64,000 bases of DNA, from the IMG/VR virus record IMGVR_UViG_3300030330_003913; one strand, given 5' to 3'. Positions 9,846-18,474 of this stretch are shown here, piece by piece. The position numbers and the translations under genes were made by a program. The notes under the pieces are model-generated. The model did no database searches. It was given only the letters and a program-made list of their open reading frames with translations, and had not been told where the DNA came from. Origin of the DNA: a virus (Duplodnaviria > Caudoviricetes). Position 1 is the stretch's first letter; each line of letters starts with the position of its first letter.

Positions 9846-10493
9846 CTATTCCTTAATCAAACATAACCAAACCACATCACAAAACCCTTGGTAATATTCT
9901 GAAGATTTACTTAATCCATATTGTTCCATAGTGTTATCTACATCACTATCTATTAACTCTAACCAATTCCAAACTTTACCTTTGTGGTGTTGTTGGTGAT
10001 ATTCTTTAGATGGAGAGTAGTCATGTCCCATGATATAACTACCACTTTGTAAATACTCTGAATAGATTTTTATCTCTTTGGGTTTATCACCACCATCACA
10101 CAATACCAAACATTTGTTATTCTTTAGTATAGTGGAGATTTCATCTATAGTGTCTTGGTGGAAAACATCTTTATCTCTAAAGTCAAACTTTAACTCACCA
10201 TCCCATAAGTTTTTTAAATCATTTCGTCTACCACTCCACATACCATTCTTGAACTTTGAGTAATCATAAGTAATGAAGTTAAAATCATGGGTAATACTTT
10301 GTTCATATAGATACAGACTAAACCCACCAAAACTTGTACCTATCTCTATAACGAAATCAAATTGATTTTCATTAAAGAATTTATCAAACATCTGAAATGC
10401 ATTGGGATTTTGTTGTGCTCTAATACCCTTGTGTCCCTTTGGTAGTAAAGTGCTTTGAACTCTGTAGCGAGACTCACCTGTCCATTTAATCAT
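9846..10493 (-). CDS. Class I SAM methyltransferase (CmcI/Methyltransf_24-like)
   Basis: IEIGTSFGGFS; CDGG; GHDY. Confidence 0.75.
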   Translation of the reverse strand: MIKWTGESRYRVQSTLLPKGHKGIRAQQNPNAFQMFDKFFNENQFDFVIEIGTSFGGFSLYLYEQSITHDFNFITYDYSKFKNGMWSGRRNDLKNLWDGELKFDFRDKDVFHQDTIDEISTILKNNKCLVLCDGGDKPKEIKIYSEYLQSGSYIMGHDYSPSKEYHQQHHKGKVWNWLELIDSDVDNTMEQYGLSKSSEYYQGFCDVVWLCLIKE

Positions 10494-10601
10494 TTATACT
10501 CCTAATAATTTACTTATAAGTAATCCAACTATTAGTAATGATATAATATATAAAAATACTAATATACTTGTTGGTACTTTTTCTATTAACCAATTAATCA
10601 T
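10494..10601 (-). CDS. 35-aa single-TM microprotein
   Basis: MINWLIEKVPTSILVFLYIISLLIVGLLISKLLGV, abuts both neighbours. Confidence 0.6.
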   Translation of the reverse strand: MINWLIEKVPTSILVFLYIISLLIVGLLISKLLGV

Positions 10602-10602
10602 A

Positions 10603-11133
10603 TCAATCCATTAAAAATATTTCCATAGTATCCACTACTACATTATTAATTTCCCACCACACTCTGGCAAAAGAACCATTTCTAAAATTAGGTGGTGGAC
10701 AAGTAACACACCCTTGCATTGTCCAAGATGGTTGTAGTAACATTTTGAATTCACCATTCTCATCTACGATACTATAATCTTCAACAATACTAACATGTCT
10801 TGAATTTAATTTATATCTATAAGTAGTGGTATCTTTAAATACATCATACCACTTACCATACAACTCACCATCTAGCATTTTCAAGTATCCACTACTATCT
10901 CTAATATCCCAATACATATCAGAGTACCATTTAACTTTCATGCCAGTTACATCAACATCATCAGATGAGATGTTACCAAAAACAATATGTGGTGTTAACC
11001 AAACTGAATCCATAATCTCAATACGAATAGGATTACCTACAAAGAGTTCATAGGTATATGTTGGTAATTCGTAATCTCTAACATCCTCACAACTAAGAAA
11101 GAATGCAAAACATAATAATAATCTATAAATCAT
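10603..11133 (-). CDS. Lipoprotein (paralog of 22780..23403)
   Basis: Signal peptide with lipobox FLSC. Confidence 0.7.
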   Translation of the reverse strand: MIYRLLLCFAFFLSCEDVRDYELPTYTYELFVGNPIRIEIMDSVWLTPHIVFGNISSDDVDVTGMKVKWYSDMYWDIRDSSGYLKMLDGELYGKWYDVFKDTTTYRYKLNSRHVSIVEDYSIVDENGEFKMLLQPSWTMQGCVTCPPPNFRNGSFARVWWEINNVVVDTMEIFLMD

Positions 11134-11134
11134 T

Positions 11135-11212
11135 TTAATCCATCCAGAAAAATATATCCATTAGGAAAAGGGTAATACAAATCACACATACTGACATAAA
11201 GATATATTCCAT
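11135..11212 (-). CDS. 25-aa hydrophobic microprotein
   Basis: MEYIFMSVCVICITLFLMDIFFWMD; coupled TAA-ATG. Confidence 0.5.
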   Translation of the reverse strand: MEYIFMSVCVICITLFLMDIFFWMD

Positions 11213-11311
11213 TTAATTATCCATATAGTCCCATGCGAGTAACGCAATGATTATAATTAATACAATCATTAAGAAGTGTATGTCTATTCCTATGGTGTTG
11301 AATTCATTCAT
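11213..11311 (-). CDS. 32-aa single-TM microprotein
   Basis: MNEFNTIGIDIHFLMIVLIIIIALLAWDYMDN. Confidence 0.5.
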   Translation of the reverse strand: MNEFNTIGIDIHFLMIVLIIIIALLAWDYMDN

Positions 11312-11435
11312 AATACTAAATATCATGACCATGCATTAAAGTAAAGTGCTTCATGGATTTTGTGACACAAATAAAACTATCATTAAGTGCTATAGGTGCA
11401 TTTTTTGTCGTGGCACGAAAATAAGTCCGAGCCTA

Positions 11436-11451
11436 TGACAAAATGACATAC
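11436..11451. repeat. TGACAWAATGACATAC copy 1 (copy 2 at 12508..12523)
   Basis: 15/16 identical direct repeat. Confidence 0.6.
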
Positions 11452-11685
11452 TTTTCTATGGTTTTCGGGTTAATGCGTGGGGTAGCGTAGTGTGTGTAGT
11501 TTTGTCATACATTCTGGTGTAGTTATTTCCTTAGTATATTAGTATGTGCTGTATACCCTACTATAGTACTTGCAGACCCTTCGGGTGTTGTTGCATTATT
11601 TTTTAGTGCATCCGCCTTCAAAATCCATGTCCATCAGGTGACCAATCCAACCACTTTTACCTGGAATGACCAAGCGTACCCATAT

Positions 11686-11717
11686 AATATACGAAAAAAA
11701 ACATATATGAGTCAAGC
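11686..11717 (-). promoter_or_regulatory. Sigma70-type promoter firing into non-coding DNA
   Basis: GCTTGACT-N18-TATATT. Confidence 0.75.
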
Positions 11718-11821
11718 TTTTTCTTAAAAAAAATGAAAATAATTGTATTTTTTTTATCAATTAGGGTATATCAGGTGGGGAATCCAAGAGATTTTGAGGG
11801 AAAATCAAGCCTTTTCTCGCT

Positions 11822-11853
11822 AATTTACGAAAAAAAAGTGGTAAATGTCAAGC
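11822..11853 (-). promoter_or_regulatory. Sigma70-type promoter (tandem with 11686)
   Basis: GCTTGACA-N18-TAAATT. Confidence 0.7.
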
Positions 11854-11858
11854 TTTTT

Positions 11859-12488
11859 TTAGTCATTTCCTAACATTTTTTGGAAGTTTTCAAAGGGTAT
11901 GAACTCTAAATCTTCGGATTTGGGTTCTATATTACCTTGTGGGACATCAGGCTCCGCCTGTATCACCTTGGGTGGGACATCATCATATGCCTGTACAATA
12001 GGATTATCTCTATGTCTATACCAACCTTTCGGTGTGTGGTGTAATTCATATACACAATTAAAACATAATACGCGTATATTCTCTTGTTTAGTGTTTTGTG
12101 GGTTAGTATCCAGAAAGTCTATTATGAGTGGTGGGAGTTTCTTACCTGTAATATGAGAGTAGTCCGCGTTACAATTACTACAACATGCCTTAAAATATCC
12201 TTCTCGTATACCTTTCATCAATAAAGTACTCTCTCTGAATGGACTTGGATGTTCTCCGCGGAGTATTTTACCTATATCATGAGTCAACCTACCACTATGA
12301 CTCCTGCGTATACCTTTACTACTTGTTCTTGGTGCCCATAAGTCGTATTGTTTTGCATATTTACTAAATGCATTATAACTTACATTAAGATAGTCGGCTG
12401 CCTGTCTCATGGATTGAGTGGACTCAATAGCCCATTTGATTCGTTGGGGTGTGAGATTACTCAAGGATGGTCTACCACGCTTCTTCAT
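11859..12488 (-). CDS. HTH plus degenerate HNH/Zn-finger protein
   Basis: Start reassigned to MKKRGRP (GAGGA RBS); SMRQAADYLNVSY HTH; CSNC...DFLD.N..N...ENIRVLCFNC. Confidence 0.7.
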   Translation of the reverse strand: MKKRGRPSLSNLTPQRIKWAIESTQSMRQAADYLNVSYNAFSKYAKQYDLWAPRTSSKGIRRSHSGRLTHDIGKILRGEHPSPFRESTLLMKGIREGYFKACCSNCNADYSHITGKKLPPLIIDFLDTNPQNTKQENIRVLCFNCVYELHHTPKGWYRHRDNPIVQAYDDVPPKVIQAEPDVPQGNIEPKSEDLEFIPFENFQKMLGND

Positions 12489-12507
12489 TATATTATCCTC
12501 TATAGTG

Positions 12508-12523
12508 TGACATAATGACATAC
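12508..12523. repeat. TGACAWAATGACATAC copy 2
   Basis: 15/16 identical to 11436..11451. Confidence 0.6.
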
Positions 12524-12732
12524 ATAGGGTTGCATAAATACTATGCAAAAAAGTATGACATATAGACACACAAACTTATATTATTTGACTTTAGATAAGT
12601 GTATCAATTAATCTTATCTGTATCAATAAATATAATAAAGTGGTAAAAGTGGTTAATTGTGGGTTGAAATCCCTATATAAAATCGGTCTATGAATCTCAG
12701 AATGATTCTACGAAGTAGACCTTTAGGTAAGT

Positions 12733-12942
12733 TTATTTAGTGGTTAAATCTATGCCTGTCACCTTATCCCATATCCACATAACCACTACGATAATTAATA
12801 TTATAGGTAACATCATTATCAATATACATAACAATGCAAGTCTTTCCAATAGGGTATCATCCTCATATATACCATTATGTACTTTTTTATTATGTTGCAT
12901 TATATGAGTGGGGTTTAATCTCTTCTTTTGTTTACTACCCAT
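12733..12942 (-). CDS. Small membrane protein
   Basis: Long C-terminal hydrophobic stretch. Confidence 0.6.
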   Translation of the reverse strand: MGSKQKKRLNPTHIMQHNKKVHNGIYEDDTLLERLALLCILIMMLPIILIIVVVMWIWDKVTGIDLTTK

Positions 12943-13025
12943 TAAAAGTTTCTCCTAAATACATATCCAATTATAAATCCATTAATCAAACCCATAGTAT
13001 AAAAATATATTCCAAATTCTTCCAT
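12942..13025 (-). CDS. 27-aa microprotein
   Basis: MEEFGIYFYTMGLINGFIIGYVFRRNF, TAATG overlaps at both ends. Confidence 0.6.
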   Translation of the reverse strand: MEEFGIYFYTMGLINGFIIGYVFRRNF

Positions 13026-13261
13026 TATGATATGGCCTCCTCATCAAACTCATTCCAATCCATGTTACTCACTTCTACTTCATCAAGGGTCTTTAATAAA
13101 TAATAAAACATACCCATCATGATTATTCCTATCACCAATACCACACTTAACAATATATTAAACAAACTCACTTTCTTCCCTTTCTTCTTTTTATTTTTTT
13201 CTCCCTTATAATAGTACGAGCACTTATAGTTCCTCTCATATCCATTTTCTTTATACACCAT
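13025..13261 (-). CDS. Small membrane protein (true start probably the internal GTG at VSLFN)
   Basis: TM segment plus acidic tail. Confidence 0.5.
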   Translation of the reverse strand: MVYKENGYERNYKCSYYYKGEKNKKKKGKKVSLFNILLSVVLVIGIIMMGMFYYLLKTLDEVEVSNMDWNEFDEEAIS

Positions 13262-13274
13262 CTATCCATTACCA

Positions 13275-13394
13275 TTACCTTACTCCTCCATATTTATCGG
13301 CATTCATTAATGCCCATAGGGTAAAACTCAATAACCCTATACCATATAATCCATACCCAAAATAATCTAAGTTTATCTCTATTAACCATTCCAT
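13275..13394 (-). CDS. 39-aa single-TM microprotein
   Basis: MEWLIEINLDYFGYGLYGIGLLSFTLWALMNADKYGGVR; GGAG RBS. Confidence 0.6.
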   Translation of the reverse strand: MEWLIEINLDYFGYGLYGIGLLSFTLWALMNADKYGGVR

Positions 13395-13398
13395 CTCT

Positions 13399-13674
13399 TC
13401 ACTCCTCTATCTCATCCATCATACCATCATATGTGATTATATCATCCATTGGTGTTGGGGTGGTTTCATCATCATCAATTGTATATCCACTATTCACACT
13501 ACCAAATGTCTCACCACCATTCCATATACCTTTCTCTTCCTCTTGGGGTAAGTCATTATCCTTCCATATAACCACTACACTATCCCAAATATCCCTACTA
13601 TAACTTCCCACCATCCTCACCAATGAGATGATGATATCAAACAAGTTATTCACTATATTGTTTAACTTACTCAT
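13399..13674 (-). CDS. Hypothetical acidic protein
   Basis: ORF tiling. Confidence 0.55.
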   Translation of the reverse strand: MSKLNNIVNNLFDIIISLVRMVGSYSRDIWDSVVVIWKDNDLPQEEEKGIWNGGETFGSVNSGYTIDDDETTPTPMDDIITYDGMMDEIEE

Positions 13675-14032
13675 AAGGGTCTACCTCAATCTCTACTCGT
13701 CTCGGCTCTACATCATAGGGACTTGGGACTTGGATTTTAACCAATATATAATTCTTTCCACCTCTACGAAAATCTCTCTCGTGAAATCCTATCTCTCCCG
13801 TTTCCCTTTGGACTACTAACCGATTCAACATATCCATTATCTCCTCATCATTACGAAGGGATTCCGGCAATCCAATAAACTCTATTTCTAACCAACACCC
13901 ATAACCCACATCCTGACTTGGGACTAACCTGTATGGTATTAATTCGGTTTGTTGTCCATGCAACTTTCCCATAAACAAAAATGTCATCATAACTAATATT
14001 ATATGACCTCTACTCCATTTGTTAATTATCAT
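13667..14032 (-). CDS. Putative secreted protein
   Basis: N-terminal signal-like segment ending LHG-QQ. Confidence 0.55.
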   Translation of the reverse strand: MIINKWSRGHIILVMMTFLFMGKLHGQQTELIPYRLVPSQDVGYGCWLEIEFIGLPESLRNDEEIMDMLNRLVVQRETGEIGFHERDFRRGGKNYILVKIQVPSPYDVEPRRVEIEVDPYE

Positions 14033-14202
14033 TATAACTTCCTTATTTTAATAGTTCAAAATTCCGATAGTGTTTCGTGTTTTTCGGTGAAATCTTTGAT
14101 TTCATCCGAAGTGACACGCGTCTTTGTTCGGCGTCTTTGATTTTCAACACCTCTTATCAATATATATAAATATATTAAATTTTATTTCATTATTTCCTTA
14201 TT

Positions 14203-14961
14203 TTATTTAAAATTTATGGGCGGAACTATACATTTTATATATTGTCTTTGTCTTTGTATCCATTCCGACCAAGTACTCAATCCCATGATGAACTCCTCAC
14301 TATGTAGTAGGTGAAATAAATCAAGGGCTTCAACTTTACTAAAAGGGAACACACCATGTTTTGAGTGATTCTTCTTTCTTACATACTCATTAATAACATC
14401 AAACTCTTCCCATAACCATTTTGTTTCTTCCCATGTTCCATCTGTACTGATATAGAACTTTTTATCTTTATACTCATTCATAGTAGTTCTGTAGTAATCA
14501 TCATCTATCATAGGTTGTATTCCATGTCCACCATGATTAGGATTCATCTCATCAACTACATCACCTCGTCTTATATGAACACCTATTACATCTTTCATTT
14601 TGAGTTTTATTTTGTCCTCTAATGATTTATCTTTTAGTGTTATTGGTTCATCAATCCTATATTCTTCACCTCTTAACTCACTATATAGTTTGACGGCATA
14701 ACTTCCTATCTTGTAGTCTTTACTTGTATCAATATCCTCAAGTGATTTAATTATTGGTGTTGGTTTCATATCACCTTGTTTCACATAGGGAAAGTCCAAA
14801 TACTTCACTTCAGGAAAGAACTGAGTATCCATGATTATATCCCACGGATACCCAAACTTCTTATTGATTTGATAGGAAATTTCATATGACCACATCCTAT
14901 TACCAAATCCACCCATTGGTATCAAGTAGAGTTTTGGTTTACTCAAACTCGTCTTCATCAT
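14203..14961 (-). CDS. Alpha-1,2-fucosyltransferase-like (GT11)
   Basis: GGFGN, GVHIRRGD, FYISTD, STWS; start trimmed to MMKTS. Confidence 0.8.
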   Translation of the reverse strand: MMKTSLSKPKLYLIPMGGFGNRMWSYEISYQINKKFGYPWDIIMDTQFFPEVKYLDFPYVKQGDMKPTPIIKSLEDIDTSKDYKIGSYAVKLYSELRGEEYRIDEPITLKDKSLEDKIKLKMKDVIGVHIRRGDVVDEMNPNHGGHGIQPMIDDDYYRTTMNEYKDKKFYISTDGTWEETKWLWEEFDVINEYVRKKNHSKHGVFPFSKVEALDLFHLLHSEEFIMGLSTWSEWIQRQRQYIKCIVPPINFK

Positions 14962-15190
14962 AGGTGTTAGTGAATGAACCTTCACCATGTACCGATTCAG
15001 CTGCCTCAAGTGAACTATAATTGTATATTACAGCCCCAGGTATCTTTTCATAATCATCTGTCTTATTACCTCTTTTCATATCGTAGGGTAATTGAATGAA
15101 CCTATGTTTAACTTTAGTTACCTTACCAGTTGCATGACACTTTCGTCTCATATCTGGTATTGGTAATGGTTTTTTTCTTGGTCTTGGCAT
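14939..15190 (-). CDS. Hypothetical protein
   Basis: GAGG RBS, tiling. Confidence 0.55.
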   Translation of the reverse strand: MPRPRKKPLPIPDMRRKCHATGKVTKVKHRFIQLPYDMKRGNKTDDYEKIPGAVIYNYSSLEAAESVHGEGSFTNTYDEDEFE

Positions 15191-15214
15191 ATTATATCCT
15201 CTCGTGTTTAATTG

Positions 15215-15754
15215 TTAAAAGATACCTTCATGTATCATGTAATCTGTAAATTGTAATCCTTTTGATTTACTTAATTTCTTAAATCTATCATGTGTTTTTT
15301 TATTCAAAATAGTTTTACCAGTTTTATAACCATCGTCTATCATTTTTTTCCATTTAGGCATAAATTTGGTTTCCAAATATTTTTCATCATGGTTCTCATT
15401 CATTACTTCACCAGTTAATTGATAAAACATATCATAATAAAGTTCTCTTAAAGTAGAATAGAACCACTTATAATATAATAATCCTGGTTCAAATCCATAC
15501 ATGTGTTCAGATTGTGTATGACATCCACCACATAACAAATGTAAATTTTCTACTGAATCAGTACCACCATCACATCTTGCCACTATATGACATCGTTCTG
15601 TATATCCTTCTTCACCACATTTCCAACAAGAATCCAATGGTAATTCTGTCCAACCCATATCACCAATGAATCTGATTCTACAATCTCCATTACTATCTTT
15701 GTCCCAATATTTTTTTATTGCCTGTTTAGAAGGCATATTTCTTTTTTGTCCCAT
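15215..15754 (-). CDS. HNH endonuclease
   Basis: CWKC..ERCHI...GG.DSVENLHLLCGGCH. Confidence 0.85.
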   Translation of the reverse strand: MGQKRNMPSKQAIKKYWDKDSNGDCRIRFIGDMGWTELPLDSCWKCGEEGYTERCHIVARCDGGTDSVENLHLLCGGCHTQSEHMYGFEPGLLYYKWFYSTLRELYYDMFYQLTGEVMNENHDEKYLETKFMPKWKKMIDDGYKTGKTILNKKTHDRFKKLSKSKGLQFTDYMIHEGIF

Positions 15755-16251
15755 TATATCCTCTCGTGATTTAGTTTCATTTCAATCTGAACATCATGTA
15801 TTCCCTTTTGTTCTAACTTTTTCTTAAATCGTTTATACATTTGGTTCAGAGCCTTCTTTTGTTTTATTGATAGTTTGGCAGTTCTACCAACATAATCCTC
15901 AACACTATTCAAAAATTCTTCACTACGACCTACATACATTGGTCTGTAATCACAACTCAGTAATAGTGTTCTAATTAAATTTATCTTTGCCTTAGTGGTC
16001 TTAACAAACTCTTCTTTCTCATACTTTGATAACTTGTTACCACTCTTTAAATACTTCTTGTATCCCATGATAACTTTATCCATTGACATTTCCATTCTCT
16101 TGGTAACTTTCCTACTACCAATAGAATTATGCATACTTGTAATAAATTCTCTGTAACCCTCATTCATATAATAACAATCATCATTCAATATATGTTTCAA
16201 TTGTCTTTTGATTTTATCAAGTCTGTTTTCAGGTGACTTTATTTTACTCAT
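15754..16251 (-). CDS. Hypothetical basic protein
   Basis: ORF tiling. Confidence 0.55.
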   Translation of the reverse strand: MSKIKSPENRLDKIKRQLKHILNDDCYYMNEGYREFITSMHNSIGSRKVTKRMEMSMDKVIMGYKKYLKSGNKLSKYEKEEFVKTTKAKINLIRTLLLSCDYRPMYVGRSEEFLNSVEDYVGRTAKLSIKQKKALNQMYKRFKKKLEQKGIHDVQIEMKLNHERI

Positions 16252-16442
16252 AATATAGTATGTCCTTGTTTATTGAGTTTATCAACTTCTGTTACTAACT
16301 CTTTTACTAAAGTTTCTGCTTCATTCATGTAGTATAAACCATCAGAGTTTGCCTGATATTCAGGTGTAGTATGATAGGCATTTCCTACTGAACTTTCTAT
16401 TTCTCTTAACTTATCTAAAATTTCTTGTAATGTAATTTTCAT
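16248..16442 (-). CDS. Hypothetical protein
   Basis: AGGAG RBS. Confidence 0.55.
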   Translation of the reverse strand: MKITLQEILDKLREIESSVGNAYHTTPEYQANSDGLYYMNEAETLVKELVTEVDKLNKQGHTIL

Positions 16443-16598
16443 TATGCAACTCCTATGTTATTGGTTAAAAAACATGCCTCCATCAAGGTTATCTCAGGTT
16501 GTTCATTGACCACCCAATGTTCTATCATGTCTATCATGAATAGTATCATATCAGGTGTTAAGTGACTTGATAATTCCCAATATGGGTCATTCTGTATA

Positions 16599-17183
16599 TT
16601 AGTCATTTAGGAACTCATATAACTTTCGTGTCATTGTGTATTTGTGAGACTCAAGATTAGGTGACACATAAACTTTCTTGATGTCTGAATCCTCAAAATG
16701 TACATAACTAAATGAGGCTGACCTAACATATCTATTTGGTTCATCACCATTAGGTAATAACCTTGAGAGTTGGTCTTCAATTCTTTTGATAAAGGTTGGA
16801 TGGTTATAATCAAACTCCAATACATAAACTAATTTACCATTATTGAATCCACTTACTGACATCACTACTTCATCTTTTTGATACTTCTCATGTCGTGACC
16901 AAGTAAAGTCTGTGAACTGACCACCACAATTTAACTTGGACTTACCACTAAAATTTTTAGGTTTGATTTCAATGTTTTCATCATCTACATCATAACCATG
17001 TTTACCTTCAGAGGCTTCTCTACCTGATACAAAGTTAGTTGCGTCTTCCCTAAACTTGGAAGAGTTACTATCGTTAAAACCTTCATGAAGTAAGTTATAA
17101 ATAATTGAATCTTTATCATCAAGATTCTCAGGTATAGTATCAAGTGTATAATTTAACTTGTACTCTTTTAACATATCACTCAT
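16599..17183 (-). CDS. Putative PD-(D/E)XK restriction-endonuclease-like protein
   Basis: HGYD...IEIKP motif. Confidence 0.5.
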   Translation of the reverse strand: MSDMLKEYKLNYTLDTIPENLDDKDSIIYNLLHEGFNDSNSSKFREDATNFVSGREASEGKHGYDVDDENIEIKPKNFSGKSKLNCGGQFTDFTWSRHEKYQKDEVVMSVSGFNNGKLVYVLEFDYNHPTFIKRIEDQLSRLLPNGDEPNRYVRSASFSYVHFEDSDIKKVYVSPNLESHKYTMTRKLYEFLND

Positions 17184-17385
17184 CTATATTTTCCTCAAGT
17201 TCTTCAAATTGTTCTTCTAAGACTTCATCAATGATATTATTAACGAACTCTTCAGTTAACAAATCAAAGTCTTCATTGTGAACACCCATATCACCAAGGG
17301 CTATCACCTTAGTTCCATAACCAATATCATTGGTATTATGTTTCTTACTCATTTCTGTATCCTTTGTTTTTTCTCTAAATGTCAT
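17176..17385 (-). CDS. Hypothetical acidic protein
   Basis: Directly after promoter. Confidence 0.5.
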   Translation of the reverse strand: MTFREKTKDTEMSKKHNTNDIGYGTKVIALGDMGVHNEDFDLLTEEFVNNIIDEVLEEQFEELEENIDE

Positions 17386-17390
17386 GTGTT

Positions 17391-17422
17391 AATATACTCA
17401 TAAAATATAATACGAGTCAAGC
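17391..17422 (-). promoter_or_regulatory. Sigma70-type promoter
   Basis: GCTTGACT-N18-TATATT. Confidence 0.75.
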
Positions 17423-17429
17423 ATTTTCT

Positions 17430-17681
17430 TTATAATTTTAATAAATCATTTAAATTATCAGTAGATGCAACTCCACCAATATATGCATCACTAACTGAAT
17501 AAGGTCTTTCAGAATACTCAAAGTTATCATTGATTGCCTTTGGTATCTGTGAACATATCTCATTTGCAAACCATTCTGCATCTCTGTTCTCATTCTTGAT
17601 GGATTTCTCACCAAGACCTTGGTCAGGAACATGAATATCTATATAAACACTCATTCTATATCTTTTAGTTTCATTTGTCAT
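17430..17681 (-). CDS. Hypothetical protein
   Basis: GGAGG RBS. Confidence 0.6.
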   Translation of the reverse strand: MTNETKRYRMSVYIDIHVPDQGLGEKSIKNENRDAEWFANEICSQIPKAINDNFEYSERPYSVSDAYIGGVASTDNLNDLLKL

Positions 17682-17692
17682 AATTTTCCTCC

Positions 17693-17917
17693 TTACATTT
17701 TGAAAGATTCAATATATTCATCAATTTCTTCAGGTGTCATCCTACCATCCTCTTCAAGAGCAAATCTCCAATCCTCATCTGTCATAGGTTCATTATTATT
17801 ATAGGTAGGGCCTATACCTGTTTCATTTTGGAACTCAATATCATGTTCTGGTAATCTACCAGCATCTCTATTTAATTCATAATTCATACAACCCATAGCA
17901 AAAGTTCCAATATCCAT
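17693..17917 (-). CDS. Hypothetical acidic protein
   Basis: AGGAG RBS. Confidence 0.6.
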   Translation of the reverse strand: MDIGTFAMGCMNYELNRDAGRLPEHDIEFQNETGIGPTYNNNEPMTDEDWRFALEEDGRMTPEEIDEYIESFKM

Positions 17918-17955
17918 TTTTTAATTTCTCCTTATCATCATTATCATTATACAGC

Positions 17956-17986
17956 AATTTAGTAAATATAATCGCCAATGTCAAGC
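17956..17986 (-). promoter_or_regulatory. Sigma70-type promoter
   Basis: GCTTGACA-N17-TAAATT. Confidence 0.7.
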
Positions 17987-18474
17987 TTTTTTTTCATTTT
18001 TTTAAACTTTTTTTTCATCTTTAGGTATTTGGTGTCTTCACGAGCCATTTTCCAATAAGATTGAAATATCTCACTTGATTCTAAAAATCTTGTTTCAGTT
18101 CTGTCAAAAGGTAATACTTCCCATTCACCATTTTCTTTAGTCCATTTAGTACCACTACTATGATTATAATATCTACGAGACCTTGTGAATCCCATATGTA
18201 AATACTTCTTTGCCATATCGGCACCTACAAAATCATCCTCTTCCAAATACTGAAAAAATTTATTAATAATCTGTAAGGCTGATAATTGTGCCTCTTCAGG
18301 TGTCTTGAATCTCCATAATGGATGTAGTTCTGATTTATAAGGTTCACAAGTTAATACACCTTGTTGTCCTCTACCTATTTCATATAGGTTTGGATTTTCT
18401 CTATAATCTATATTTGGTTTCCACTTATAATTTTTGTGGTCAAAATCTATATATGTTGGTTTTTCAATACCCAT
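17959..18474 (-). CDS. DUF4385-family protein
   Basis: GRGQQGVLTCEPYKSELHPLWRFKTP, DFVGADMAKKYLHMGFTRSRRY. Confidence 0.85.
   Translation of the reverse strand: MGIEKPTYIDFDHKNYKWKPNIDYRENPNLYEIGRGQQGVLTCEPYKSELHPLWRFKTPEEAQLSALQIINKFFQYLEEDDFVGADMAKKYLHMGFTRSRRYYNHSSGTKWTKENGEWEVLPFDRTETRFLESSEIFQSYWKMAREDTKYLKMKKKFKKMKKKLDIGDYIY

Noticed and set aside
11411-11426. Plus-strand sigma54 promoter (TGGCACG)
   Set aside because: No TTGC-like -12 element at the required spacing; better explained as half of a palindrome.
12640-12663. MraZ operator (three GTGG repeats)
   Set aside because: Spacing is 9 and 10 nt rather than uniform and there is no dcw context; kept only as part of the repeat cluster.
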